Below are positions 27,201-41,600 of a stretch of 64,000 nucleotides of DNA, in pieces. The stretch is from Nageia nagi. Lineage: Eukaryota; Plantae; Pinophyta. The position numbers and the translations under genes were made by a program. Within the stretch, counting starts at the first letter, position 1; every line of letters starts with the position of its first letter. A model generated the notes under the pieces. That model did not search any database, was not told the origin of the DNA, and saw nothing but the letters and a program-made list of their open reading frames with translations. The stretch covers positions 112,034,001-112,098,000 of the forward strand of contig JBITNC010000001.1 in assembly GCA_050084985.1 (NCBI GenBank), read 5' to 3'.

Positions 27201-29647
27201 CTTGAGGATGTGCCTTTCTTAGATGAGGAGATTGGGATCTTGGTGTTGCTAGAGTTGGGATTTGATTTGGAATATTTGTTATTCTAGGCTGGATTTAGAC
27301 CTAAAAATATTCTTGAAGGAGTTTTTACTCCAATTACTAAGTTTATCTTTAATATTGAATAGTTTTGTAGCAAATTGGTACATTTTGGTTCGATAAACTC
27401 CATGTTCTTCATGCCTTTAGTGTTCGAATAGGCTATCAAAGCCTTCCTACTAAAGCCACATATTTTTCAACTTAAAAGGAGGTTTACTAGTTTCATTAGG
27501 GAATTGAAGGGATAGTTAGATGGGCCAATGGTTTGAATAAACATAAGGAAGAACTTTTAACTATGGTAGAATACCTCTTTCTTACTATGGTTTTGAGAGG
27601 AGAAAGTGGGCAAGATGTTCTAGAATTAGACTCAATTCAAATCTCTTATTTATCTAGGTATACTAGCCCTTGGTGTAAAAGGGTTCTTTGAGTTGAAAAT
27701 TATCTATGAAATAATTAAAAGAGTCAAAAAATTAGTTAAGGTCCTTTTGCCACCTGTTTTTCATCTATGTTTCTAATAACATTAAATTCATCATAAAAAA
27801 TGGTAGCAAGGCCCCCATTAAGAGTATACCATTGAATTAAATTAGTCCAAATAGAATGGTGATAGTCTGTATGGTCATAAACATTTATTAAGTGGGAGGA
27901 GCATCCTATGAGGAGGCACCCAACATGAATTGCCATTCAAAATTACACCCTATGAATGATTGAACAAGTCACTTTGGATTTTTCCTATAGACTGAGTAAG
28001 CACCCTAATTTACCATTTGATTTATAGACCTCCGTGGAACTTCTAGCCCATTTTTTTAATTTAATTGTATGTGCCTCTTAATTAATTTAGATTTTTGGAT
28101 ACAAAATAAGATAGGTTTTCATTTTTTACAAACATTCTAACTTTCTAAAATTTGTTAAGGGATTGGAATCCCCTTATGTTCTAGGAATGTATCCTCATGG
28201 TAGCTATTTATGACATTTGGGATCCCAAAGTGAGTCTAATTGAGATTCGGAGTCATCTCCTATACTTTCCATTATAATTTATTATTTGATCAATTAATTT
28301 GAAGGTTTTTCTTCTCTTTTTATCATGAGTACCCATGATAGATCTAACAAGATTCTCAAACTATTTCAAGGATGGTTTGGCACTTATGTGCTTTAGGGGG
28401 TTATTAGGGCGAGTACGGTGAGGATCAACTTAGAGAGGGGAATGAATTTGTTTTCAATATAGGTTCTCCATGCTAATATCCATGTTAGGACATTGGTTTG
28501 TAGCTTCCTCTATGATATTCGTAGGTAAGATAAACATTACCTTCACAGGTTAGTGTATAGTTATGGCATGAATTAGAGTGACATCAGTGGGTGTGGGGAG
28601 TTTGTGTGTAGGATTTGGGGTTGACTTAGGTACTCCTTATTCATTAGTATCTTTGAGAGCTTGGAAGTGGTTATGGGCTTGGATAATTGAATTGGCATTT
28701 TCTTTTGGGTGGTGGAGTATACAATTATGGGGGTTTGGTGAGGAGTGGATTGGTGTTCTAGTGGATTCTTAGAGGGAGGATATGTTGGGCAATTCCAAGT
28801 AAAGTAACCATGTTGTGTGATAGCTTGTACACCTAAAGGCAAGGTTCTCATAGTCAAGTTGTTGGGTCCACTCAAATTTCTTCCCTTGTAAAGATATTAT
28901 CTCTTGAATAGGATTTTCTAGATTAAGGTGTACATAGAGCCCAACATACGAGACATTCATGAAAGTGCCTAAGGAGTTACCCATAGCTTTAAAATTAGAT
29001 TCTTGCCATATTTAAAGGAGAAGATCAAAGATAAAAGCCCAAATGGGGGAAGAGGATGGTAGTTTGGTAGATGGTTTAAACTATGCATGCCAATGTTTCA
29101 TAAAAAGGCCTATCTTTCCCAAAAACCATATACCCCCTTGAAAAACTAGGTCCCTCTCATTCTTAGATTCAAAATAAGCAAGGAAATAATCATGATAATA
29201 GAGGCTAAAAGAGATATAACTAGTGATTTTCTAGTTCTTATCCTCCCATGACTAAATGGTGCAATAGATCGAAACCTTGAAATATAGATCTATAATGCTA
29301 ATATTTATGTTTTCATCATCAATCATGATAATAGGGGATGTCTTAACAGAAAACAAACATCCAACTTCATTCTTTTTTGGATTGATAGTGGGGGTTAAAA
29401 AGTATCTATTTTGACCAAATAGAGTAGAAGATCACCTAGGGAAAGGGAGATGCTAGCATATTGCATCTCTATAATACTTTTTCAAAGGGTGAGGCTAGCC
29501 TACTTTAGGGATGAAGGTTATGGTGATACCCTCTAGAATCTTTAATGGTAGATTAAGTTATGGAAGCTAAGGTGCCAAAAGTTACAACAATGAGTAGGGA
29601 CTAAATTGGTTCCCTATAATAACATGGAGTTTCTTGAAGTGATTGAC
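24210..29647 (-). mobile_element. L1-clade LINE with internal deletion of the RT core, inserted in the Tat 5' region
   Basis: ORF1 knuckle in the 28769-28984 ORF (QQLDYENLAFRC; in copy 2 CFRCMIYHKHGYFSWNCP). PISNDEVEATLFQ..APILDRFP and WKMVFTNKKLGDLDIKIFRSMNIAMLCKLIW. zf-RVT CGEVEKIGSHLL. Poly-T at 24208. TSD TAGATTGAACCTTATT (24194-24209) / TAGATTGAATATTATT (29648-29663). Confidence 0.88.
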
Positions 29648-32600
29648 TAGATTGAATATTATTGATAACCAAGAAACTATTGAAATTTTTTCTTGAAGAT
29701 GTTTTGGGAACTAGTTGGTATCCAATACATTATATTTATTTGGATGAAGAAGAATTAGAGAATCAAAAGTTAAATTCATTCTTGACATTGAATTTTGATC
29801 TTTTACATTGAATCCAAGAACTTACTTAGGAAGAAGTACAAGTTTGGAAATGCTCATAAACTTTTGATATATCCAAACTAGCTCATCTCGATACTCAAAG
29901 ATAGATCACTTCATATGTAAGTTGAAGGATTTCATGAACTAAATCATATTAAAGCACACACACTGCTAGAATCCAATAGTTGGAAAAATTATGATTAAAC
30001 ATCTTATCAATCATTCAATCTCTAATACTAGAAAGGTCAAACAATAGGAACTTTCTAAAGAAGTAGAAATGTTAAAGTTAAGCATTCCAAAGAGGGTTAT
30101 ATATAAGATCAGTTATAGAAAGAACCAACTTAAACTAGCATGGTAGGGATATAGATACACTAATCTATGAAGAGGAAGATCTTGAACCAAAAAGATATGA
30201 TTTGGTATCGAAAGGGTAATTAGAATTAGAATAAATTTTCATCAATCAAATCAATTTTATTTTACCTATTGAAAAAGATCCATTTCAAATCATAGTTCCC
30301 TTGGCTAAATAAATCAAAATCTTTTACATTTAGCTCTCCAAAGATCAATATCTTCTAAAGTAATTTTTGCTTGGTAAGATATAATTCATGAAGAAATTGA
30401 TCATAGAAGTAAGAAAAGAAATTTTCCATTCAAAATTTAGATAAGAAATAAAAATTTCATAGGAGATTTTTATTTGTTTCAAATTAGAATACAAGTTATC
30501 TTGTTATAACTCAAAGATAGCAAAAAACACTCAACAAATCCTTATAGTAGAAAGAATTGGGTTTAAAGAATATAAATTTGCTAGTGATTAAGTGGAATAT
30601 AGTATTAAATTTCCTAAATTTGGATCAAATATTATTCTTCCAATTGAAAAATATCTAATCATAACCAATTCTTATCTCAACAAGAGTTTAAGTCTTCCAA
30701 ATTTAAACAAAATTGAAGTTTCTTTTCTAAACTAGCAAGTCCTCTAAGAAGAGAAACCTAAAGTTCAAGATCATCCAAAATAGGTTCTTGGAATATTGAC
30801 CCTAGAGAATTAGAAATATAATTATGAAGGATTCAAAGAGAATGGGAAAATATAGATCCAAATATTGCACTTTTTAGAATAGGAAGCCCTACTTCGTAAA
30901 GGAGTATATCACTTGAAGAATTTGAAACTAATATTATAGGTTTTGACCTATTTATAGAAACACTCAGAATGGATGAAAAAGGCCAAAGACTTCCATAAAC
31001 ATGGAAAAATAGCTTAACCTTTGAATTTACAGGGGAAAAGACATAAATACCATAAAGAAACTCGAGATCTTTCATGCTTTTGAGGAGATCTATTTGGTAG
31101 AATGATATAAGAACACCTTAAAAATTTTAATACTTATTGTGAAGTAAATGGGGTTGAACAAGAAGATGTTATGGTATCCATGTTTGTTAAAAATATTATA
31201 GATTCAACATTACATTGGTATAATTCTCCTCCTAATGGATCAATTTCTAGATAGGATGATCATTTAGATGCATTTCAATCGAGATTCAAAAGTTAGGTAT
31301 TTAGGATAGTATTAAATTGCCTATGATGTGCTCTCAAAAATCACAAATATTTCCACCTTTGTACTCACTAAGAATTTCTTCAAAAAGTGTGGCCTCTAGG
31401 ATGAGGTGGATTGTGATAGGGGATAACACTCTCCATGTTTTAGTGAGGATTCCATTGGACTCATAACATATCTAATAGTTTGAGACCTTAGATCCCCATT
31501 GATTAGTTAGGTAAGTTTTGATGTTATGTATACAAGCATATCTATGGAGTCGATATGGCAAAATACATGGGTCCTCCAAAAAGTCTACCTGACAACCATT
31601 TACAACATCCTATCTAAGAAAGGGGAGCATGAATCTCTAGGCCTTATGGATTCCATTACATATAATACATCTTATGGGACCATCACTCATGCTGAAGATA
31701 TGAGAAGGTATTAGAGAATCTAGGTACTTAGCCCTAAAGATTATGCTCCATTGAAAATGGTGTTTAGTATAGATGTACCAAATCAACTTACAAAGCATAG
31801 CAATGTTCATGCTCCTAAAGATTTTGATGTCAAGATCCCCTAGTTTTTTATTAGTGAAAACCATTTTCCAATCCACTAGATGGATTTTCTTTTGAATAAT
31901 ATTACCCTACCAAAGGATGTTTCTCATAGCTTTTTCTTAGGTTTTGATAATTTTACCTGGGATCCTATAGGCTTCCATCCAAAATATTGGAATGGCACCT
32001 AGAATTGACTTGATTTTGATTACTCTATCACTACAACGTAACCACTCTACTTTCAAGTATTGAAATACCAAGTTTACCTTGCCTATGATGTGCTCTCAAA
32101 AATCACAAATATTCCCACCTTTGGCTAGGGCATGCCTAGGTATTTACTGGGAGAAAATTAATACTCATGCCTATCATTCAATACTCATGCCTATCATTAT
32201 AGAGAAGAGTCTAGAATGAGAGTTACAAAGGTTGAAACTAAAAATATTCAATTTTGATAGGTTTATGGCTTCACCAAAAGTAGTTTTGTATAACAAAAGT
32301 AGGATTTTAATCTTTAAGGATTTTAGGAAAGGAAGGAGAAATTGGTCTATAGGAGTTAATGGTGTTTGCATTTTCTAATTTTGGAATGAGAAATAGGAAT
32401 GTGTGATTCATCTTGTGTAGCTTTTCCTTGGAGAGGAAAGACTCTTGAACCATCCCAACATAAATTTCTTTGAGAAAATACCTAAAATACTAAAAAAAAG
32501 TAGGGGGAATCTATCAAGACCAAGTGCACCAAATGGTTTCCTTTGAAACAAAGTAGCCTCAACTTCATCATTTGAGACTTGGTCCACTAGGGCTAAGTTA

Positions 32601-35600
32601 TACATAGGGGTAACCAATTTTGTAGTGAAGTTTAGGAACTATTGTTGTGCTTCCCATCATTCCATATCCTCTTCAATGAGAAGAGAGGAGTAGAAGGCTA
32701 TAATATTCTACTCAATATCTATTGGGTGGGTTACAGTTTGGTCATTAGGTTTGTCTAGAAATGAGATCCAATTTTGGGCCCTATGATTAATAGTAGAGGA
32801 ATACAAATACTTAGTATGTTTCTCATCCTCTTTGATCCAATTTATGTGGGCTTTCTACTTCTAGTAGATCTCCACTTTGGTTTAAATATCATCTAGCTAC
32901 TTGAGGATGTGCCTTTCTTAGATGAGGAGATTGGGATCTTGGTGTTGTTGGATTTGGGATTCAATTTGGAATATTTATTGTTCTAGGTTGTCTTTAACCT
33001 CAATTTTTTTTTTTTAAGGAGTTTTTACTCCAATTATGAAGTTTATCTTTAATCTTGAATATTTTTGTAGCAAATTGGTACAGTTTGGTTCTATAAACTC
33101 CATGTTCTTCATGCCACTAGTTTTCAAAGAGGCTATCAAAGCCTTCCTACTAAAGCCACATATTTTTGAACTTTAAAGGAGGTTTGCTAGTTTCATTAGC
33201 AAATTATAGGGATAGCTAGATGGGCCAATGGTTTTAAGAAATATAAAGAAGAACTTTTAACTATGGTAGAATACCTCTTTCTAACCAATGTTTTGAGAGG
33301 AGAAAGTGGTCATGATGTTCTAGAATTAGACTCAATTCTAATCTCTTATTTATCTAGGTATACTAGCCTTTGATGTAAAAGGGTTCTTTGAGTTGAACAT
33401 TATCTATGAAATAATTGAAAGAATCAAAAAAATAGTTAAGGGTCCTTTTGGCACCTTGTTTTTCATCTATGTTTCTAATAACATTAAATTCATCATAAAA
33501 AAGGTGGCAAGGCCCCTATTGAGAGTATACCATTAAATTAAATTAGTCCAAATAGAATGGTGATACTCTGTATGGTCATAAACATTTATTAAGTGGTAGG
33601 AGCATCCCATGGGGAGGCACCCAACATGAATCACCATTCAAAATTGCACCCTATGAATGATTGAGCAAGTCACTTTGGATTTGTCCTATGGATTGAGTAA
33701 GCACCCTAATTTACCATTTGATTTATAGACCTCCATGTAACTTCTAGCCCAATTTTTCAATTTGATTCTATGTGCCTCTTAAGTAAATTAGATTTTTGGA
33801 TACATAAGAAGATAGGTTTTCATTTTTTACACACATTCTAACTTTCTATATTTTGTTAAGGGATTGGAATCCCCTTATGTTCTAGGAATGTATCTTCATG
33901 GTAGCTATTTATGACATTTAGGATCCCAAAGTGAGTCTAATTGAGATTGGGAGCCATTTTCTATACTTTCCATGATTATTTATTATCTGATTAATTGATT
34001 TGAAGGTTTTCCTCTCTTTTTATCATACCCATGATAGATCTGATGAGATTCTCAAACTATTTCAAGGATGGTTTGGCAATTATAGGCTGTAGGGGGTTCT
34101 TAGGGTGGGTAGGGTGAGGATCAACTTGGAGAGGGGAATGATTTTGTTTTCAATCTAAGTTCTCCATGCTAATATCCATGTTAGGGCATTGGTTTTCAGC
34201 TTCCTCTATGACATTCATAAGTAAGATAAGCATTACCTTCACAGGTTAGTGTACAATTATGGCATTAATTAGAGTGACATTAGTGGGTGTGGGGAGTTTG
34301 TGTGTAGGATTTGAGGTTTGGTTAAGTACTCCTTCATTAATATATTTGAGAGCTTGGAAGTGGTTATGGGCTTGGATATTTGAGTTAGCATTTTCTTTTG
34401 GGTGGTGGAGTATACAACTATGGGGGGTTTCCTGAGGAGTGGATAGATGTTGTAGTGGATTATCAGAGGGAGGATATGTTGGGCAATTCCAAGAAAAGTA
34501 ACCATGTTTGTGATAGATCATACACCTGAAACAAAGGTTCTCATAGTCAAATTGTTGGGTCCACTCAAATTTCTTCCCTTGTAAAGATATTATCTCTTGA
34601 ATAGGATTTTCTAGATTAAGGTGTACATAGAGCCCAACATACAAGACATTCATATAGCTCCTAGTCATATTGGAAACATTCATGAAAGTGCCTAAGGAGT
34701 TACCCATAGCTTTAAAAATAGATTCTTGCCATATTTCAAGGGAAGATCAAAGAGAAAAACCCAAATAGGGGAAGAGGATGGTAGTTCAGTATATGGTTTA
34801 AACTATGGGTGTCCATGTTTCATAAAAAGGCCTATCTTTCCCAAAAACCATATACCCCCTTGGAAAACTAGGTCCCTATCATTCTTAGATTCAAAATAAA
34901 CAAGGAAATAATCATGATAATAGAGGCTAAAAGAGATCTAACCAGTGCAGCTCTAGTTCTTATCCACCCATGACTAAATGGTGTGATAGATTGAAACCTT
35001 GGAATCTAGAACTAGAATTCCAATATTTATGTTTTCATCATCAATCATGATAATAGGGGAAGTCTTAACAGAGAAGAAACATCCAACTTCATTCTTTTTT
35101 GGATTAATAGTGGGGGTTCAAAAGGATATATTTTGACCAAATAGAGTAGAAGAGCACCCAGGGAAAGGGGGATGCTAGCATATTGCATCTCTATAATTCT
35201 TTTTTAGAGGGTGAGGCTAGCCTACTTTAGGGATGGAGGTTATGGGGATACACTCTAGAATATTCAATGGTAGATGAAACTATGGAAGATAAGGTGCCAA
35301 AAGTTATAATAATGAGTAGGGACTAAATTGGTTCCCTATAATAAAATGGAGTTTCCTAAAGTGATTGACTAGATTGAATATTATTTATAACCAAGAAACT
35401 ATTGAAATTATTTCTTGAAGATGTTTTGGGAACTAGTTGGTATCCAATAGATTATAATTATTTGGATGAAGAAGAATTAGAGAATCAAAAGTTAAATTCA
35501 TTCTTGACATTGAATTTTGATTTTTTACATTGAATCCAAGAACTTATTTAAGATGTACATGTTTGGAAATGATCATCAACTTTTGATATATCCAAACTAG

Positions 35601-38600
35601 CTCATCTCGATACTCAAAGATAGATCGCTTCATATGTAAGCCAAAGGATTTCATGAACTAAATCATATTAAAGCACACACACTGCTAGAATCCAATAGTT
35701 GGAAAAATTATGATTAGACATCATATCAATCATTCAATCTCTAATACTATAAAGGTCAAAAAATAGGAACTTGCTAAAGAAGTAGAAATGTTAAAGTTAA
35801 GCATTCCAAAGAGGGTTATATATAAGATTAGTTATAGAAAGAACCAACTTAAACTAGCATGGTAGGGATATAGATACACTAATCTTGAACCAAAAAGATA
35901 TGATTTGGTATCTAAAGGGTGATTATAATTAGAATAAATTTTCATCAATCAAATCAATTTTATTTTACCTATTGAAAAAGATCCATTTCAAATCATAGTT
36001 TCATTGGCTAAAGAAATCAAAATCTTTTACATTTAGCTCTCCAAAGATCAATATCTTCTAAAGTAATTTTTGCTTGGTAAGATATAATTCATGAGGAACT
36101 TGATCATAGAAGCAAGAAAAGAAATTTTCCATTCAAAATTTAGATAAGAAATCAAATTTTCATAAGAGATTTTTATTTGTTTCAAATTAGAATACAAGTT
36201 GTCTTGTTATAACTCAAAGATAGCAAAAAACACTCAACAAATCCTTATAGTAGAAAGAATTGGATTTAAAGAATATAAATTTGCTAGTGATTAAGTGGAA
36301 TATAGTATTAAATTTCCTAAATTTGGATCAAATATTATTCTTCCAATTGAAAAATATCTATTCATAACCAATTCTTATCTCAACAAGAGTTTAAGTCTTC
36401 CAAATTTAAACAAAATTGAAGTTTCTTTTCTAAACTGGCAAGTCCTCTAAGAAGAGAAACCTAAAGTTCAAGATCATCTAAAATAGGTTCTTGGAATATT
36501 GACCCTAAAGAATTAGAAATATAATTATGAAGGATTCAAAGAGAATGGGAAAATATAGATCCAAATATTGCACTTTTTAGAATAGGAAGCCCTACTCCAC
36601 AAACGAGTATATCACTTGAAGAATTTGAAACTAATATTATAGGTTTTGACCTATTTATAGAAACACTCAGAATGGATGAAGAAGGTAAAAGACTTCCATA
36701 AACATGTAAAAATAGCTTAACCTTTGAATTTACAAGGAAAAAGACATAAATACCATAAAGAAACTCGAGATCTTTCATATTTTTGAGGAGATCTATTTGG
36801 TAGAATGATATAAGAACACCTTAAAAATTTCAATACTTATTGTGAAGTAAATGGGGTTGAACAAGAAGATGTTATGGTATCCATGTTTGTTAAAAATATT
36901 ATAGATTCAACATTACATTGGTATAATTCTCTTCCTAATGGATCAATTTCTAGATAGGATGATCATTTAGATGTATTTCAATCGAGATTCAAAAGTTAGG
37001 TATTTATGATAGTATTAAATTGCCTATGATGTGCTCTCAAAAATCACAAATATTTCCACCTTTGTACTCACTAAGAATTTCTTCAAAAAGTGTGGCCTCT
37101 AGGATGAGGTGGATTGTGATAGGGGATAACACTCTCCATGTTTTAGTGAGGATTCCATTGGACTCATAACATATCTAATAGTTTGGGACCTTAGATCCCC
37201 ATTGATTAGTTAGGTAAGTTTTGATGTTATGTAGACAAGCATATCTATGGAGTTGATATGGTAAAATCCATGGGTCCTCCAAAAAGTCTGCCTAACAACC
37301 ATTTACAACATCCTATCTAAGAAAGGGGAGCATGAATCTCTAGGCCTTATGGATTCCATTACATATAATACATCTTATGGGACCGTCACTCATGCTGAAG
37401 ATATGAGAAGGTGTTAGAGAATCTAGGTACTTAGCCCTAAAGATTATGCTCCATTGAAAATGGTGTTTAGTATAGATGTACCAAATCAACTTACAAAGCA
37501 TAGCAATGTTCATGCTCCTAAAGATTTTGATGTCAAGATCCCCTAGTTTTTTATTAGTGAAAACCATTTTCCAATCCACTAGATGGATTTTCTTTTGAAT
37601 AATATTACCCTACCAAAGGATTTTTCTCATAGCTTTTTCCTAGGTTTTGATGATTTTACCTGGGATCCTATAGGCTTCCATCCAAAATATTGGAATGGCA
37701 TCTAGAATTGACTTGATTTTGATTACTCTAGCACTACAAGGTAACCACTCTACTTTCAAGTATTGAAATACCAAGTTTACCTTGCCTATGATGTGCTCTC
37801 AAAAATCACAAATATTTCCACCTTTGGCTAGGGCATGCCAAGGTATTTACTGGGAGAAAATCAATACTCATGCCTATCATTCAATACTCATGCCTATCAT
37901 TCTAGAGAAGAGTCTAGGATGAGAGTTACAAAGGTTGAAACTAAAAATATTCAATTTTGATAGGTTTATGGCTTCACCAAAAGTAGTTTTGTGTAACAAA
38001 AGTAGGATTTTCATCCTTAAGGATTTTAAGAAAGGAATGAGAAATTGGTCTATAGGAGTTAATGGTGTTTGCATTTTCTCATTTTGGAATGAGAACTAGG
38101 AATGTGTGATCCATCTTGTGTAGCTTTTCCTTGGAGAGGAAAGACTCTTGAACCATCCCAACATAATTTGCTTTGAGAAAATACCTAAAATACTAAAAAA
38201 AAGTAGGGGGAATCTATCAAGACCAAGTGCACCAAATGGTTTCCTTTGAAACAAAGTGGCCTCAACTTCATCATTTGAGATGTGGTCCATTAGGGCTAAG
38301 TTATACATAGGGGTAACCAATTTTGTAGTGAAGTTTAGGAACTATTGTTGTGCTTCCCATCATTCCATATCCTCTTCAATGAGAAGAGAGGAGCAGAAGG
38401 CTATAATATTCTACTCAATATCTATTGGGTGGGTTAGAGTTTGGTCATTAGGTTTGTCTAGAAATGAGATCCAATTTTGGGCCCTATGATTAATAGTAGA
38501 GGAATAAAAATACTTAGTATTTTTCTCATCCTCTTTGATCCAACTTATGTGGGCTTTCTACTTCTAGTAGATCTCCACTTTGGTTTAAATATCATCTAGC

Positions 38601-41600
38601 TACTTAAGGATGTGCCTTTCTTAGATGAGGAGATTGGGATCTTGGTGTTGTTGTATTTGGGATTCAATTTGGAATATTTATTGTTCTAGGCTAGATTTAG
38701 ACTCAAAAATATTCTTGAAGGAGTTTTTACTCTAGTTACTAAGCTTATCTTTAATCTTGAATATTTTTGTAGCAAATTGGTACAGTTTGGTTCTATAAAC
38801 TCCATGTTCTTCATGCCTCTAGTGTTCGAAGAGGCTATCAAAGCCTTCCTACTAAAGCCACATATTTTTGAACTTGAAAGGAGGTTTGCTAGTTTTGTTA
38901 GGGAATTATAGGGATATCTAGATGGGCCAATGGTTTGAAGAAACATAAGGAAGAAATTTTAACTATGGTAGAATACTTCTTTCTAACAAATGTTTTGAGA
39001 GTATAAAGTGGGCTAGATGTTCTAGAATTAAACTCAATTCTAATCTCTTATTTATCTAGGTATACTAGCCTTTGGTGTGAAAGGGTTCTCTGAGTTGAAG
39101 ATTATCTATGAAATAATTGAAAGAATCAAAAAATTAGTTCAAGGTCCTTTTTCCACCTTATCTTTCATCTATGTTTCTAATAATGTTAAATTCATCATAA
39201 AAAATGGTGGCAAGGCCCCATTGAGAGTATACCATTGAATTAAATTAGTCCAAATAGAATGTTGATACTCTATACGGTCATAATCATTTATTAAGTGGGA
39301 GGAGCATCCTGTGAGGGGGCACCTAACATGAGTTGCCATTCAAAATTATGCCCTATGAATGATTGACCAAGTCACTTTGGATTTGTCCTATAGACTGAGT
39401 AAGCACCCTGATTTACCATTTGATTTATAGACCTCCATGCAACTCTAGCCCATTTTTTTAATTTAATTGTATGTGCCTCTTAATTAATTTGGATTTTTGG
39501 ATACAAAATAAGATAGGTTTTCATTTTTTACAAACATTCTAACTTTCTAAAATTTGTTAAGGGATTGGAATCCCCTTATGTTCTAGGAATGTATCCTCAT
39601 GGTAGCTATTTATGACATTTGGGATCCCAAAGTGAGTCTAATTGAGATTCGGAGTCATCTCCTATACTTTCCATTATAATTTATTATTTGATCAATTAAT
39701 TTCAAGGTTTTCATCTCTTTTTATCATGAGTACCCATGATAGATCTAACGAGATTCTCAAACTATTTCAAGGATGGTTTGGCACTTATGTGCTTTAGGGG
39801 GTTATTAGGGCGAGTAGGGTGAGGATCAACTTGGAGAGGGGAATGATTTTGTTTTCAATAAAGGTTCTCCATGCTAATATCCATGTTAGGGCATTGGTTT
39901 GTAGCTTCCTCTATGACATTCATAGGTAAGATAAACATTACCTTCATAGGTTAGTGTACAGTTATGGCATGAATTAGAGTGACATTGGTGGGTGTGGGGA
40001 GTTTGTGTCTAGGATTTGAGGTTCGATTAGGTACTCCTTATTCATTAGTATCGTAGAGAGCTTGGAAGTGGTTATGGGCTTGGATATTTGAGTTGGCATT
40101 TTCTTTTGGGTGGTGGAGTATACAATTATGGGGGGTTTGGTGAGGAGTGGATAGGTGTTCTAGTGGATTATCAGAGGGAGGATATGTTGGGCAATTCCAA
40201 GAAAAGTAACCATGTTTGTGATAGATCATACACCTGAAAGAAAGGTTATCATAGTCAAGTTGTTGGGTCCACTCAAATTTCTTCCCTTGTAAAGATATTA
40301 TCTCTTGAATAGGATTTTTAGATTAAGGTGTACAGAGAGCCCAACATACAAGACATTCATATAGCTCCTAGTCATATTGGAAACATTCATGAAAGTGCCT
40401 AAGGAGTTAACCATAGCTTTAAAAATAGATTCTTGCCATATTTCAAGGGGAATATCAAAGAGAAAAACCCAAATAGGGGAAGAGGATGGTAGTTCGGTAT
40501 ATGGTTTAAACTATGGGTGTCCATGTTTCATAAAAAGGCCGATCTTTCCCAAAAACCATATACCCCCTTGGAAAGTTAGGTCCCTATCATTCTTAGATTC
40601 AAAATAAATAAGGAAATAATCATGATAATAGAGGCTGAAAGAGATCTAACCAGTGCAGCTCTAGTTCTTATCCACCCATGACTAAATGGTGTGATAGATT
40701 GAAACCTTGGAATCTAGAACTAGAATTCCAATATTTATGTTTTCATCATCAATCATGATAATAGGGGAAGTCTTAACAGAGAAGAAACATCCAACTTCAT
40801 TCTTTTTTGGATTAATAGTGGGGGTTCAAAAGGATATATTTTGACCAAATAGAGTAGAAGAGCACCCAGGGAAAGGGGGATGCTAGCATATTGCATCTCT
40901 ATAATTCTTTTTTAGAGGGTGAGGCTAGCCTACTTTAGGGATGGAGGTTATGGGGATACACTCTAGAATATTCAATGGTAGATGAAACTATGGAAGATAA
41001 GGTGCCAAAAGTTATAACAATGAGTAGGGACTAAATTGGTTCCCTATAATAAAATGGAGTTTCCTGAAGTGATTGACTGGATTGAATATTATTTATAACC
41101 AAGAAACTATTGAAATTATTTCTTGAAGATGTTTTGGGAACTAGTTGGTATCCAATAGATTATAATTATTTGGATGAAGAAGAATTAGAGAATCAAAATT
41201 TAAATTCATTCTTGACATTGAATTTTGATCTTTTACATTGAATCTAAGAACTTATTTAAGAAGATGTACATGTTTGGAAATGATCATCAACTTTTGATAT
41301 ATCCGAACTATGTCATCTTGATACTCAAATATAGATCACTTCATATGTAAGCTAAAGGATTTCATGAACTAAATCATATTAAAGCACACACACTACTAGA
41401 ATCCAATAGTTGGAAAAATTATGATTAGACATCATATCAATCATTCAATCTCTAATACTAGAAAGGTCAAAAAATAGGAACTTGCTAAAGAAGTAGCAAT
41501 GATAAAGTTAAGCATTCTAAAGAGGGTTATATATAAGATTAGTTATAGAAAGAACCAACTTAAATTAGCATGATAGGGATATAGATACACTAATCTATGA

